Origin: Eledone cirrhosa
Taxonomy: Eukaryota
Length of the DNA stretch: 64,000 nt
Direction: 5' to 3'
Assembly: GCA_964016885.1 (NCBI GenBank)
Contig: OZ024742.1
Location: 80,972,001 to 81,036,000, forward strand
The position numbers and the translations under genes are program-made. Shown here in pieces: positions 12,635 through 25,732 of the stretch (positions are counted from its first letter, which is position 1; the number at the start of each line of letters is the position of its first letter). The notes beneath the pieces are model-generated. The model was given only the letters and a program-made list of their open reading frames with translations, was not told the DNA's origin and did not search any database.

Positions 12635-14640
12635 GGGAATTTACATCACTGTTATTTTCAACCAGTAGTTAGTCCCATGCTGGCGATAGATTTACACTGG
12701 AGCCAGGGCCCCTGTTCATCATTACATCTGAAAGTGCTCGACATTTCCTGGAGCATTATTTATTCATAAGCTATCGCCAGCATGGGACTAACTACACAAC
12801 ATTCGGATTTTTGCTGCATTAAGTTATCTCTACAGCCCACCCGGACCATGCATTGTTGCTTCCCTATCGTGAATACTCAGACTCCGTCAGACCTCATAGA
12901 TTCTTTAAAAAAATCAACATATTCTACTATATCCTGTATTGTATTGACTGAATTCTCTATCCTATATTTCAGGGCTTTTGGGATTCACATTGAAAATTAA
13001 GACTCGAACCTACACTAGGTATCACCTGACACCTCTCCAACTCTTCGATCCTCTATATCTGTAAGTATAATCTTGTATTCTCCAACCGTGCTATCTATTG
13101 TCCATTTACTGCACCTTGAACTGTATTTTATTTCTTCTGTATTTTGATTTCTTCGATATGTTCTTATATACTTCCATTTTATTCCCTCAATTACCACCCT
13201 ATGTATTACTGCATTTTATTTATGCATTTTACTTATGTTTTTATTTATTTTTTTATTTAATCGCTTTACTCTCCTTATATACTTATTATTGTACTCATTA
13301 GCACACAACCCTAGAATATTACTCTCTGTACCCTTTATATCTGTTTATTCACTCCCCTTATCCACTCAATAATCACACTACATATAACCCGATCTAACTG
13401 GGGACTAATTATAGTCTATTGAGACATGTCATCAGATTTTGCCACATTTAAACTTCACATCACGGGTGTGAATAACTAATAATAGTTTGGTACACGAGAT
13501 GATCCGACGGATGCGGCGTCTTTCCCGACTGCACGCCAGGCGCTCGGGTCGATCAGCCTTCCTAGAGTTCTTGGAAAAATAAGATTTCCCCTTCTTTCGG
13601 TAAACGAAAATACTCGGAACGACTGTTTCGCCCTGGGGTCCTGTCAGACTTGGAATCCGTCATGCAACCGGTTATTGACCGTCAAACAGTACCTTTAAAT
13701 TCTAGGCTTAATCATAACTTTTAACTTTATCATGCCTCCTTCTACTAGAACTCAAATAAATCCCCCAACAGTGTGAATAACTAGTAATCGCTAGGTATAT
13801 ACGATAGCCAGCTGACGGTGGCGGACATCCCGCTACCTCACCCGATGCTTAAGACAGTTAACATTCCTGGAGTGCTCGGGAAAATAAATTTCCCTTTCTT
13901 TCGCGAGATGAAAATACTCGGAACGGTGACACGCCGTTGTGCCCCAGGCTTGCCGGGTGTCTGCAACGTCGCTGATTAATATCCGCTAAGCATGGGCGTA
14001 ATCTTTACTCTATATTCCACCCTGAAACTTTATCGTGACTATCTATAATACACTTATACTTTTTCATAAAAGCCTCCTTCTCAAAATTCTTTTAAAAAAT
14101 CTGCCAACTTTAAACCTAAATCTTACTTTCCTAATTTCATCTTAAATGGCATCTTTTAACACTAAACATAAATTTAATGTTTCTAATTGTTAATCCTAAT
14201 TTCTGACCATACAATATACTGTGCAGACGCCCACTATATATAGCTTTGTTATAGATATATGTTTTTTGAAAAAATATTTTCAGCGGCACTTTCTAGCACT
14301 CCTGACAAGCTTAAATGTAACCTGATCTCACCGCTGGCCTCTGTCTATGACGGGATGGTAGTAGTACACTATAAGCCTACGCCCCTCCATCACAAGGACA
14401 TAGGAAGACTTAATAATCATCACTCGAGGGCGGGCGGCTGACCGGGCTAGAAGCTGCTAAATGTTCGGCCAGCCTCATGTCTCTGCTTTTCAGCCCCATG
14501 GATTTTGTCTATTATATTCCTTTGTTATATTTCAAATACCTGATGATGTCACCGGATTCATACTGTACCCGGTCATGAAATGATCATAGTATAATAAACC
14601 TTTTAAGAAATTACACAACTCCAGCTTCCTGTTATTTTAT
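12632..14640 (+). mobile_element. ~2-kb non-coding, structured, hammerhead-ended element between (TA)n tracts
   Basis: 25-bp perfect inverted repeat at 12665-12689/12771-12795, internal diverged tandem pair at 13466-14040, and a hammerhead plus AATAAA near the right end. No coding remnants recognised. Confidence 0.55.
14536..14592 (+). ncRNA. Type I hammerhead ribozyme motif
   Basis: ATAC-CTGATGA(14540-14546)-stem II ACCGG/CCGGT-GAAA(14577-14580)-TGATCA(palindrome)-TA-GTAT, followed by AATAAA. Confidence 0.82.
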
Positions 14641-14939
14641 AATATATATATATATATATTATAATTATATATTTATAATATATATATATGTTATATTTAT
14701 TTATGTCAGGTAACATGTAAATTAGTAGAACCTGTCACATGGTCGGGTCATCGGCGACTAAACTGGCAACCCACCAAGTTTACTTGGTGAGGAGGGGTAT
14801 TTTGGACACTCTGCATGATAAAAAACAGAAACCTGACAAAGGGCTGAAGAACTCATAAGAGTCAACGGCCATCCAAAAATGTGTAAATGTGTATACACAC
14901 ATGTACATATGTATGCATATGTATATGCGTTTGTATATG

Positions 14940-15599
14940 CCTGGGGTGTCAGGGAGGGGCATTTACCTATGTAGGGAGGGCTTGCCATGCCCTTTTCAGG
15001 ACAGCTCGTCCTGCATTGGGTCCCATCTGACACTCAGCTCTCACCTGTCGCCTCAAGAAGCTGTAGCATGCGAGAGCGACCACACCCCGGTAAACCGCCT
15101 TGACTGGCGGGTCGAACCAGGTTGAGGCTAGACGGACGGGTCTGAAACCCGCCGGTGAGTTAGATAGGGAATGCCTGCCCCTGCATGCGATGACTGGACC
15201 CGGCGCAGTGAGTGGAGGAGAATCATATCGTCCCAACAGTCACAAAGGCGGCGACAGCAAGCGGTGTGGAGCGCTAGGGCACGGCAAGGCACTACAGACG
15301 TCGTGGCCATCCACTGCAGCCAAGGAATCCCTAGTCGTGACGGTCTCCCGTACCACCGGATTCTGGCTTCTGCAGCCAAATGAGTGGGACCGTCACTGTG
15401 CACTGGCCCTCCCACTATAAACCTTTCCCTCCCTCACATGTTTCTTCTTTAGCGTGCTCTCCCAAATCCCTGCGGCGATGGGCGAGAGGGGGAGGTAACA
15501 GGTGGAGGTAACCTCTGGGAGTTGCCAGTCTGACTCCGGTCTCCTCCCCTCCCCCACTGTCCCCGGACCTGCAAGTCAAAGAAAGGTCTCCACACGAGT

Positions 15600-15600
<1 letters not shown>
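14940..15600. repeat. GC-rich segment between microsatellites, probable interspersed-repeat fragment (unclassified)
   Basis: Abrupt GC-rich island bounded by (TA)n-like tracts. No recognisable protein motif. Confidence 0.3.
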
Positions 15601-15654
<54 letters not shown>

Positions 15655-15658
15655 AATT

Positions 15659-15703
<45 letters not shown>

Positions 15704-15787
15704 GTGTGTGTCTATAGATAGGTAAATAGATAGATAAAACCTATATATATAGATAGAATCACACACACATATATAGTGTTTTACACC

Positions 15788-16130
15788 TTCTTTCTTCTTC
15801 TTCACCCACATGTTCATGAGAGGGTCGTGGGTTTACAGTCATAAAACACCCCTTCCAGCGGGTCTTGTCAGAAGCATCCCTCCCCAACTGTTCCGGCGGG
15901 ATCCTGAAGCGAGTATTGTCAAGCAGATGAATGTTATCCAACCCTCTTGCTCGATGCTTTACCCAGAGTCTCCTGCCGGTTGGATTTGCCTGTAAATTAT
16001 GTCAAGCAATTCTTTCCTGAGTCTTTCTAACCTCATGCCCATATTATCGGAGCCCTGGTCTCCTAAATAGGAGATGCAGCATCTCTATCTAATGACTCTT
16101 TGATCTCCGAGTTACGCACACAATTGAGTA
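15788..16130 (-). mobile_element. 3' end of RTE-type LINE
   Basis: Minus-strand ...LGRDASDKTRWK... resembles the RTE C-terminal A.DR..WR motif and is followed by a (GAA)n tail. Confidence 0.55.
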
Positions 16131-16937
16131 ACAATACTCCAATGTCCGCTCGAGGATAGTAACGATAAGTCTTTAATTACAATAGCAAATAATAAATATG
16201 ATAAATTTAATAAATCTACATAATGAAAAATATGTAATTAATTGTTAAAGAAGGTAATAGGTATAAAGCCGACATTGGGTCACGTAATATCCACATTTTC
16301 AAATTACATATTATAAAAGTATGTATCATAATACAAAGTTTCAACATTATAGAATTATGAAATTATAAAAAAAATATAAAAGGTTATATAGTGTCTATAT
16401 GATGGTTGGGGGAAGAAGAATTTCCATGGGCATGTACGTTTCGGTTTATGGCACAATGTGTAAGCTACATAGTATACCCGCTATGTGCATCGTGCCATCG
16501 TGTAGTGTTTGTGACATTATGTCAGGAATGCCATAATATGGTAAAACATAAAAGAAAATCACATTGAATAACGGCGATCACAAGCTATTGTGCGGAACCT
16601 TTTCATGCGAATCACCTAAGTTTAGAGTGGTGCTTTATCTGATAATGATTCGTCACTATATATATACATATGTAATTCGTCATACACTTCGGCAGTTGAC
16701 GCATTTCTCAATATATAAATTAATTAACTTCCGACAGGATCGTTAATTATATGCATATTTTAAGTCTTTTCTCAGAAAAATACTAAGAGAGCATGCATAC
16801 ATGTACCCATTTAATACATGTTTCATAGTGGTTGATTGGATGATTTATACGTCATCAGTTTGAAATCCTATTCGATTTCTCTCTCATTCTCTCTCTCTCT
16901 CTCTCACTATATATAAATATATATATATGTATATATA

Positions 16938-17483
16938 CAGGGGTTGGACAAAATAATGGAAACACCTAGCATCATAATTTTGAAGTGCCTATAAAACCGT
17001 CAAAAGCTTGTTTATTTGTTTTTTTATTTATTATTAGTGTTGCTTAATAGGTTTTGTTACAATTACTGTTTCTGTTCAGATATCATCATAAAAAGGTAAT
17101 TAAAATTCATTAAAATGACAGTTCTATCGGACTTTCAAAGAGGTCAAATTGTTGCTGCTCGTATGACAGGTGCTAGCGTAACGAAAACAGCCGAAATGTT
17201 TGGTGTATCAAGAAGTACTGTCTCGAAAGTAATGACAGCCTTTGAGAAAGAGGGAAAAACCTCCTGTCGAAACAAATCTCCGGAAGAAAACCAAAACTTT
17301 CAGATAGGGACAGTCGGACTCATACGCGAATTATTAGAAAGCATCACAAAAGTAAGGCTCCCAAAATTACTGCAGAGCTTAATGACCACCCCGAGAACAA
17401 TAAAAATAAACAAGCTTTTGACGGTTTTATAGATATTTCAAAATTATGATGCTAGGTGTTTTCATTATTTAGTCCAACCCCTG
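16938..17483 (+). mobile_element. Tc1/mariner internal-deletion derivative
   Basis: ~80-90-bp TIRs beginning CAGGGGTTGGAC.../...GTCCAACCCCTG, flanked by TA. Encodes only the N-terminal HTH of the transposase. Confidence 0.92.
17115..17400 (+). pseudogene. Truncated Tc1 transposase (N-terminal HTH only)
   Basis: MTVLSDFQRGQIVAARMTGASVTKTAEMFGVSRSTVSKVMTAFEKEGKT is a typical Tc1 N-terminus. Frameshifted and lacking the DDE domain. Confidence 0.88.
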
Positions 17484-17496
17484 TATATATATATAT

Positions 17497-18690
17497 TAGC
17501 AGCTGAGCCTGGTTGCACCCGGGGCCACTTTTTATTAAGTTAATCATTTGAAAAATATTATTGAAAGTTTATTATAAAGAAGCAGTTTCAGGAAAAAAAA
17601 TAGAAATATGCACTTGGGGCTGGACGTCGTACAATGAGAAGTGGGGTGACGTGAAACGCATTGTTTATTAACAGCGAAATAGCAATGTCGATGATATGCA
17701 ATTTGAAAAATACTACTTATTGTTAGTGGTGGTTAACATGTATTAGAATTAAAATAAAAACACGCGTCCCTTCTTCGCAATTTAACGGTTTGGCGATACT
17801 TGGTTTTAGTGTCCTAAATTATCATCATCGACATTCAATTATTAGCTCCACCAACTACACGATACGTCACGACACGTCATCAGCTGCTGCTGCGGCTTGA
17901 TTTTTACATGTTCATTTTCTCACATGCTTCATTTTAACACGAAAAAACATTGAATTTTTAGAATAAATATTTATTAAAATATTAACAGAGAAAATTAGAT
18001 TTTTAATTTATTTTTTGAACAAAATAATTATTTATTTACAGTTTGTCACAGAAAAACTATGCTTCATTTTTACATGAATATTTATTCCCAGGTTTTAAAT
18101 TTTTAACCGAAACACTATGCTTCATTTTTCCATGAATATATATTTACAGTTTTTAACAGAAAAAAAATTGCTGCGAAATACATTTTTTTAAAAACAGATT
18201 TACAGTTTTTAACAACAGAAGAAAAAATTATTTAAACAATATATTGTTGCGATATACAGTTTAAAATTGTTTCGAAACATTTACCTTCGTGACGTATCGT
18301 GAAGTGGGTGGAGCTAATAATTGTATGCCGATGATGATAATTTAGGACACTAAAACCAAGTATCGCCGAAGGTTTTATTTCTTTTGATGGAAAACAGTGA
18401 CGGCACTGCAGAATCAATTTCATAAAACGGTACTGTATGATCGTTAAATGTAGAAGGATGATGAAGTTGTAAATAAGACAAAAGTATTAGAACAGGGGGA
18501 AATAACTCACCGAACGCGATAGTTTTGGGGCCCCAGGGACCACATTTTTCAAGTTAGAGATTTGAAACCTCATCTATCTCCTTCCTTGACACTTTTTACA
18601 TAGGTGTGTAAATTTTCATGTCAGTCCGACCACGTCTACTAGGATTTAACCGTGCACATTTCAAATTCAACCACCGCCCATTTCACAAAT
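17497..18690 (-). mobile_element. Non-autonomous Helitron-like element with internal inverted repeat
   Basis: Minus-strand 3' end CCGGGTGCAACCAGG...GCTGCTAA resembles the other Helitron ends. ~80-bp inverted repeat at 17792-17872/18287-18367. Confidence 0.6.
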
Positions 18691-18691
18691 A

Positions 18692-18792
<101 letters not shown>

Positions 18793-19049
18793 CAAAGTGA
18801 CAATAAGTTTTACAGCTTTCGTAAATTTGATTGCATATTACAATTTGTTTCCATATCGATCAGCTCAGGTGTGTTCAGGTAATCGGATCCCGATTCTTAA
18901 TCGACCAGCCATGTAAATTCTCATGTCCAAAGAAATGTTCTATTAATTGATTGTAAAACGGGGCCAGCTTAAATTAACCAAGGGGAGAATATCTGGACCA
19001 ATTGCATGAACGAGAGTTTTCTACTGTAAAAAAGCGAAGGGAGCGCGAC

Positions 19050-20420
19050 AATAATCTATTACGGAGAGGAGTTTGACACCATCACCATATATTTCTTAAC
19101 GAGAACAAACTAAGTATAACAGCTGTCCCAGCAGGTTTGGGCACCTGGTGTATCATTGGTTGTGTTATACCCGTGGAGGTCTGCTCATTCCTGGACATGA
19201 AGGGAATTAGGGATACGAACTAATCTTGCGATGCAGATTCACGTGAAGTCAGGAAAAACAGATCTCATCCACCTGTAGACTGGAGTGGAATCACAGGTAG
19301 GAGTGGGGGAAATAAGCAACCATTATATTTCTCTGGGTCAATAAACAAACTAAAGTATTTCTGCCCAAAGATAAAATTGAATAGTAGAGACAACTATACT
19401 GGGGACACCAGAAATTCAAAATCCATTACCGCATAATTTGTGTGCAATAATTGCAGCACAGTTACAGTTACAGCATGAACACCTGATGGGGTCACTGAAA
19501 TTAGCTCCGACGACAACAACGGCAACAGAAATAGAATTAACCAGCGAAACAAAAACGTCATCCAGAGCAATTCAACAACAGAATGAGAAATTACCACAAA
19601 ACCCCATACTTGGTATGTTATTACACATCAATAGACTTATATTTCCTTTCTCTTTCCAACACACACGTATAAACAAACACACACAATGATCCGAGTCCAG
19701 TTTTCGGAAAGGAAACGAGTCTATCTTCCAGAAAAGAAGCCTGTGCCTGCCAAACCAAGAAAAATATTACACAGCGAATTAAAATGATTAACATTTTCCC
19801 TAGGTTCAACACACAGTCTATAGAATACCAAAGCCACAATGCAAACAGAACTGCAACAGAGCAAAACAAAAGCTCCACCCACCCAATCAACACCACGAAG
19901 ACAAACATCACCGATACCAACATCTACATAACAATTGCACAGACTTTACAATCTCCAATACACACAAACGATGAAACAAAAAAAAAAGAACATACCAAGA
20001 ACAGAAACAACAAACCTACATCGGATTACATGATTAGGAGATGAATAATCCAAGAAGGGGTCTACCTCATAGCACACAAAATTATTACAGTCAAACATTT
20101 AGTGAGATGGACGCCAACAACACGACCAATCTGGCACAAAACTTACAAAAAGCAAGATAGAGCGTGGACATATAGAGGAATGTGATAGAGAGCGTCCCAT
20201 TGACAGTGGCGAACATACATACAATTGCCACCAACCGGCATCTAAACGTTTTCCTAAAGAAACAACAAACAAATATGAATATTAAACCAAGTGACCTCCA
20301 ACCAGAACAGTGGGGTTATTTAAGCACCCAAGTGCTTTCAGTTTACATGCCATCGGTAACATAAGAATGAATGAAAGGAATTAGCCTGGGGAAGCCATGG
20401 AATCAGTCTCTTTTACAACA
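19050..20420 (+). mobile_element. Highly decayed ORF1/AC-rich region, probably of a Tx1-like LINE
   Basis: Similar organisation to 24157-25723 (degenerate knuckle-like ...TATTTCTGCCCA followed by an A/C-rich spacer). No clean reading frame. Confidence 0.35.
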
Positions 20421-20572
20421 ACGTCGTGTTCCAAATTATAGATATGACAGCCTTACCGAGACGAGGGTTTCAAAATACGTGTCCTCTCGCGCCTATTAGT
20501 GAACCCCCACTCTTACTATTCTGTATTTTCCTTTCATGTTTCGTTCGTAGAATGCCAGACACCATGATTTGC

Positions 20573-20755
20573 AGCATAGTGTTACGACCTTTCACGTTCT
20601 GTGCTCAAATCCCGCTGAGGTTAGCTTTGCCATTCATCGCATGGAGTCGATAAAATAAAGCATGAGTAATTCACTGAGGTCAATTTAATCGAATTTCGCC
20701 TCTCCTAAAAAATCGGTGGCCTTTGTGCCTAAAGTAGAAATCATTATTATTATTC
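20573..20755 (+). mobile_element. SINE fragment
   Basis: GCTCAAATCCCGCTGAGGTTAGCTTTGCCATTCATC...GTCGATAAAATAAAG...GGCCTTTGTGCCTAAAGTAGAAATC(ATT)n. Confidence 0.75.
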
Positions 20756-20759
20756 CCAG

Positions 20760-20905
20760 CTGTATGAGCCGAAGGACGGCAGCGCTGCTGAGAAAATACC
20801 TGAACAAGTGGGACCATATAGATAATGTCAGACCCATAACTCTGCTAAACGCACAGTTTAAAATGTTCGCGAAAGTATAAGCAACGATTTGGGCGCTTGT
20901 CGTCT
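20760..20905 (+). mobile_element. Short Tx1/L1 RT fragment
   Basis: Translates DNVRPITLLNAQFKMFAKV, homologous to 22440-22520. Confidence 0.75.
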
Positions 20906-21039
20906 GTGATCATTTTCATGGAGAATTCCACCACTGGCTGGAGGGATTGATCACCCACCCCCTTACTATATAAAGCCACAGGTAAAATTGTTATTGTTAT
21001 TTTTTCCCTCTCACTTGTTTTCCTCCTATCTTAGCCAAC

Positions 21040-23513
21040 ATGGCTTCTCACAGGATAATTAATCTAAATGCACGTGGACTGAGCTCGTCTTGCAAGCACG
21101 GTCACCTGCTCAAAGATCTCAGGTTGCTAAACAAGGGTGTGGTGGCAATCGCCAGATCAGAAATATCTGAGACATGGGCATTCGCACCCACTTTCGGCAG
21201 CTAAGTGGTGTAAACCTCTCCAAGCCGCTCCGGATCTAGGGGAGGAGTGGCTGTGTTGTTTCGGAGAAGTCAGGACCCAAAATTGTTGGTGCTAGACGTA
21301 ATCAGCTGAGAAGGCGCTTGTGGTCGTCTATGCCCCGAGAGGAGTAGGACGGCCTCCATTCTTCCGGTGACTGCAGAGCTGTCAGGGAACGTCCCGCTCT
21401 TTAGCATGAGTGTGCGACTGGAATGTGATTTGTACATGCAAGCTGGGATTTTTGGGGGCATAGCGGATATGGGAGGACGGTGTAAAAGCGTCGCCAATCT
21501 GCTCAGACGTTTTCAACTGTCTGAAAAATGCAGTCTAGATTTCTCGAATGTGCCAATGTTGACAGGGACACAACGCATCGGGTCATCCAGATCGTAACTT
21601 GATAGGGTATGTTGTAGGGAAATACATAAGTATAGCATAGGCTGTCCACAATTCAAGATAATCGACTTCATGGACCACAAATTCGAGATATGTGTGGTCG
21701 ACTCAGATAGGATTCATAGACAGGGACCCGGCGACTCGAAGCTGAGTGTGTCGTTGACAACGATCAAAGACTTAATAGTCCGGGTTAGCTAACTAGTTAA
21801 GTGGACATTGATGGGGGTAGCCGTCAACGACAAATGGTATTTCGCCTGAAAAAGGCGAATAGAATAGAGTCCATTAGGTTTAGGAAGGAGTTAGCAATAG
21901 AGAAAAATAGAGCAGAGGGATAAGTAGTTAGAAAACTAGACGAAGCGCATAGTAAAAGCAACGCGACCGACGGGCTTGTGGTGAGATTGGCCGTCGACCA
22001 TTTATTGGGCCCAGGTGGCGGAGGCACATCGTGGAAACAAATCCACGATCCGAACTTTGGAGGACCAGGACGGGCGCATGTTACTCGATCCCGGGAAAAT
22101 GTGTGCGACTTTTCTGCGACACTTCACGCAACTGTTCGGGGGCAGTGGTGACCCGGATCGCGGGATGGACTTTAGTGCCTACCTCGACTTTCTGCCGCGG
22201 CTCTCGGCCACTGAGATTGGTAACAGCCAGTGAAGTACGGGTGGCAATGTCTGACTGCTACGATGGTTAAATCACCTGGCTTGGATGGTCTGCCCTGCGA
22301 CTTTACGTACACATCCCAGACCTGTTCGGTGACAACTTGGCGGACGTCAACTGCTACTAGCAGCAGAACGGGAGACTTTCCAGCTCTGTGAGCCCAATAC
22401 CGGAGGCGCTGCCGAGAAAGGAACCCAATAAGGGGGAAAATATACATAATTTAAGGCCCATGACGCTGCTAAATGCAGAGATTAAATGTTTGCCCACGGT
22501 GCTAGCAAAGAGATTGGCACTTTTCCTCGGTGATCTGGTGGGAGAGGCGCAGACATGCCCCATTCCATACAGATCCATCAACGACAACCTCCACCTCATG
22601 CGATACATCGTGGGAACGATAGCTAGGGAACATAGCACGGGTGGGTCCTTGATCAAATTAGATTAGTCGAAAACTTTCAAAAGGGTCGATCATCGTTATC
22701 TGGTCACGGCCCTGAGATTGGCCTCCTTTGGGCCCGACTTTAGAGGCTGTATCGCTGCCATGCACTGTGACATCTGCTCTGTAGTGAGAGTGAACGGTCA
22801 CATTATGGAACCGTTCAACATCATGCGCTCGGACCGCCATAGGTGAAAGTCGGTGGGTCTGTGACTCGGTACCTGGAGAAGTAGGTGCATGCCGTCCAAC
22901 AGCGTCGAAGGACGCTGGGCGGAAGGACCTGTTATATTGCTACGGGTGTGGTTCGGTCCAGACCTCCAGAGGGATGAAAAACTGGGACGAGGTCAAGAGC
23001 TGGCTGGCCTCTCTCACCCAGAAATGGCCCGAGAGGAAGCTATCCCTGAAAGGTCGAGCGGAGTTGGCACCGGGTAAATCGGCTTTGTCATCTATTACCA
23101 CCTGACCATCGTGCCTTGTCCTAAACCTCGCCTTACTGATCTGCAGCGTTTGCTCTTTTGCTTTTTGTGGAAGTGATGTGCTGGAATATAGCCAGCTACT
23201 CACTGCTCTATACTAGGTGGGCAATGCGTTCAGTGGAACTTCCACTCTAGAGTTCTATAGAGGATTAGTGGTGGGTACGTGTGATGACTCACTCGGAGAT
23301 GCTCTGGACGTCGACCAAGTGAAACTGACCAGTCTGTCCCGGAGACATTCCAACCAGGGGCGATTTCATTGTTGTATTTTTCTTGTATATTTTTTATTGT
23401 TTTGCTAGGTTTTTACTTGATTTTTAAAAATGTAAAACCTCCACTGTCACCGTCTATTGTATTGTCCCCTATATGTCAACCCTTGTGGCCAATAATAAAA
23501 CCATTATTATTAT
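21040..23513 (+). mobile_element. Tx1/L1-clade LINE copy 1 (decayed ORF2, internal deletions)
   Basis: APE start (..NLNARGL), KSPGLDGLP, NLRPMTLLNAEIK, LD.SK.F.RVDH. 3' UTR ends CCTTGTGGCCAATAATAAAACC(ATT)n. Homologous to copy 2. Confidence 0.88.
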
Positions 23514-23810
23514 TGGGTCTGAACGGACGTCTTTTTGCTCGCGCTCGTAAGTTTAATTATTTACCTGTCAAAGCTTATTTATTGATTTTGTTGTTGTTGT
23601 GTAAGGCATACAAGTCCTTGGACTTTGCCCTGTGAAAGGGGAAAGTATAATATTTGGGCCTTTTGGCCCAAATATTTGAACTTTTTTAAATTTAAAAAAA
23701 ATATAGGGAGAAAAGAATACATGGCAGAGTCACGCACCCCGACCAGCGATAAGTCTGCTGTCGTGCGACAACGACGTAACATTTGAGAGGAGCGCTACGG
23801 CGAAATGAAC

Positions 23811-25723
23811 AGAAAATGATACAACAAACACCCCACAGACAACGTGAACAAAGACAGCAATGATAACAACACTGAGAACTCTAATTTTGAAAAAAATGAC
23901 AGTAACAGCGACAACCAAATTACAGATAACAGAAAAAATGACAACAAATGCAACAACAATATCAACACCACTAACATAAAAACAAATAGCGACAACACCA
24001 ACAGCAACAATACCAACTGTACCGAGAACAACGGCGGCACGAAAGACAACACTGATAACAGCGACGGTGATAATAACAACAACACCAACAAGAACAACGA
24101 CAACAACAACAACACCCCCAACGACAACAAGAAGAACAATTCTTGTTGCCTAAAAGATGCCGTGCTTCAACATGGACCTCTCAAATAAAGATGAAATGTT
24201 GGCCCTCCTGGAAGCTCATCAAGCAAGAGCAAACCTCGGCCAACTAACTGTCCCGGTAGAAGCTATTGAGGCAGTGGAACGCAGAAAGGTGCATTGTAGA
24301 TGCATCTCAGCACAAACCAAAAGGGCAGCTTTAATTCCACAAGCCGATATCAAAGTCGCGCTGAGGTGCATCAGCGAAGACACCGAATACATAGCGAGGG
24401 GCAGACAATACGGCACCATTTCGGTGCTGTTTAAGTCAGAGGCCCTAGCTATGAAACACGCTATGCCACCTTGCAAAACCAGCATGGTCATAATGTACCC
24501 CTCCCACGCGAGAAAGAGAACAGCCCGTCTCCGCATTCCCAGAATCCCACCAGGACTTGATATGTGGTGGCTTCTGGGATCTGTCATTTTGGAGGGGACG
24601 GATACCGTGCCGATGGAAGTGACAAGAACTGCCAGAGAGGATTGGTCCGGGGTTGACCTGGAGATACTTCAACCGATCAGGTCGGAGAATGTGAAGACAA
24701 TCCCGGACCACATCCGCCTTCAGAATGGGACGGCCATTTATATTACGACCGACGGAAAAAGGCCGCATTGTTTTGTTTGTGGGGAAAAAACCCATTTGCG
24801 AACCTTCTGCCCTCAACTGCTGAAAGATGCCAGGGGTTGAATGGCTCCACTGCTGCCGCGCCGGGGCGAGGACCACAACCAACATCAGCACCGGCAAAAC
24901 CACCAGCAACAACACCAATAGAAAGACCACCACCAACTTTGACCACCCAGGAGGGAAACGAGGAAAGTTGTCAAATTCCTTCTCCCCCCAAAAATACACG
25001 CATCAATAAAAACATAAACACACACACAGACACACTAACAGATACAGACCCCTCATCTACCAGTAGTGAAGATGAGGCTAAACCAAAATCCCCCAAAATA
25101 CAAAAAAGGAACCACAAAAATAAAAAAAAACTCAACAAAGCACAAAAACACCCACAATTAAAATGCAGATACCACCCACGCAAACATCTCCCCAACAACA
25201 CCTACATCAACACCACCATCACCATCACAAGATTCCCCCAAACGCAAACAACCTAAACAGACGCAAGAACAAATACACACACAAACATCTGAAAACACAG
25301 ACACCACACTCACAACAAACACATACACAACCTGAAACAACACCATCAAATCTATCACCACCACAACAACAGAAACAAATAAAATCACACCAACAAAACA
25401 TACACAACTTGGTGCGCGTCAGGAGGGCCAACAAGGGACTGATGGCCCTCGTAACACAAAGGGAAGATATACAAAATGAGGGGGACATTGTTAAGTCGAG
25501 CACATATCGCGTGCCGGAAGATTTGTTTCTAGTGCGAATGTCGATCGATTTATACAATGAGATACGAGACAGCTTTCCTCGGGACGTGGGAACCCTCAAC
25601 GTAAAACCCACTTCAAGAATTTTAAAGGGATTCCCAAAAGAAACCCCACCAATTATGGAGGTCGAACCACCCGACATTCACAAGAGCCCGGAGGTAAGAC
25701 AACCTTTCCTCTCGCTCTTTTAG
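23811..25723 (+). pseudogene. LINE ORF1 (Asn/Thr-rich N-terminus, CCHC zinc knuckle)
   Basis: ORF 24157-24840 contains CFVCGEKTHLRTFC. The flanking low-complexity segments are frameshifted. Confidence 0.8.
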
Positions 25724-25732
25724 CCTGCCAAC

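Noticed and set aside
23795-24188. Asn-rich and Leu/Val-rich ORFs (also 52167-52661)
   Set aside because: AAC/AAT low-complexity tracts within retroelement ORFs, and their antisense frames. They are not membrane proteins.
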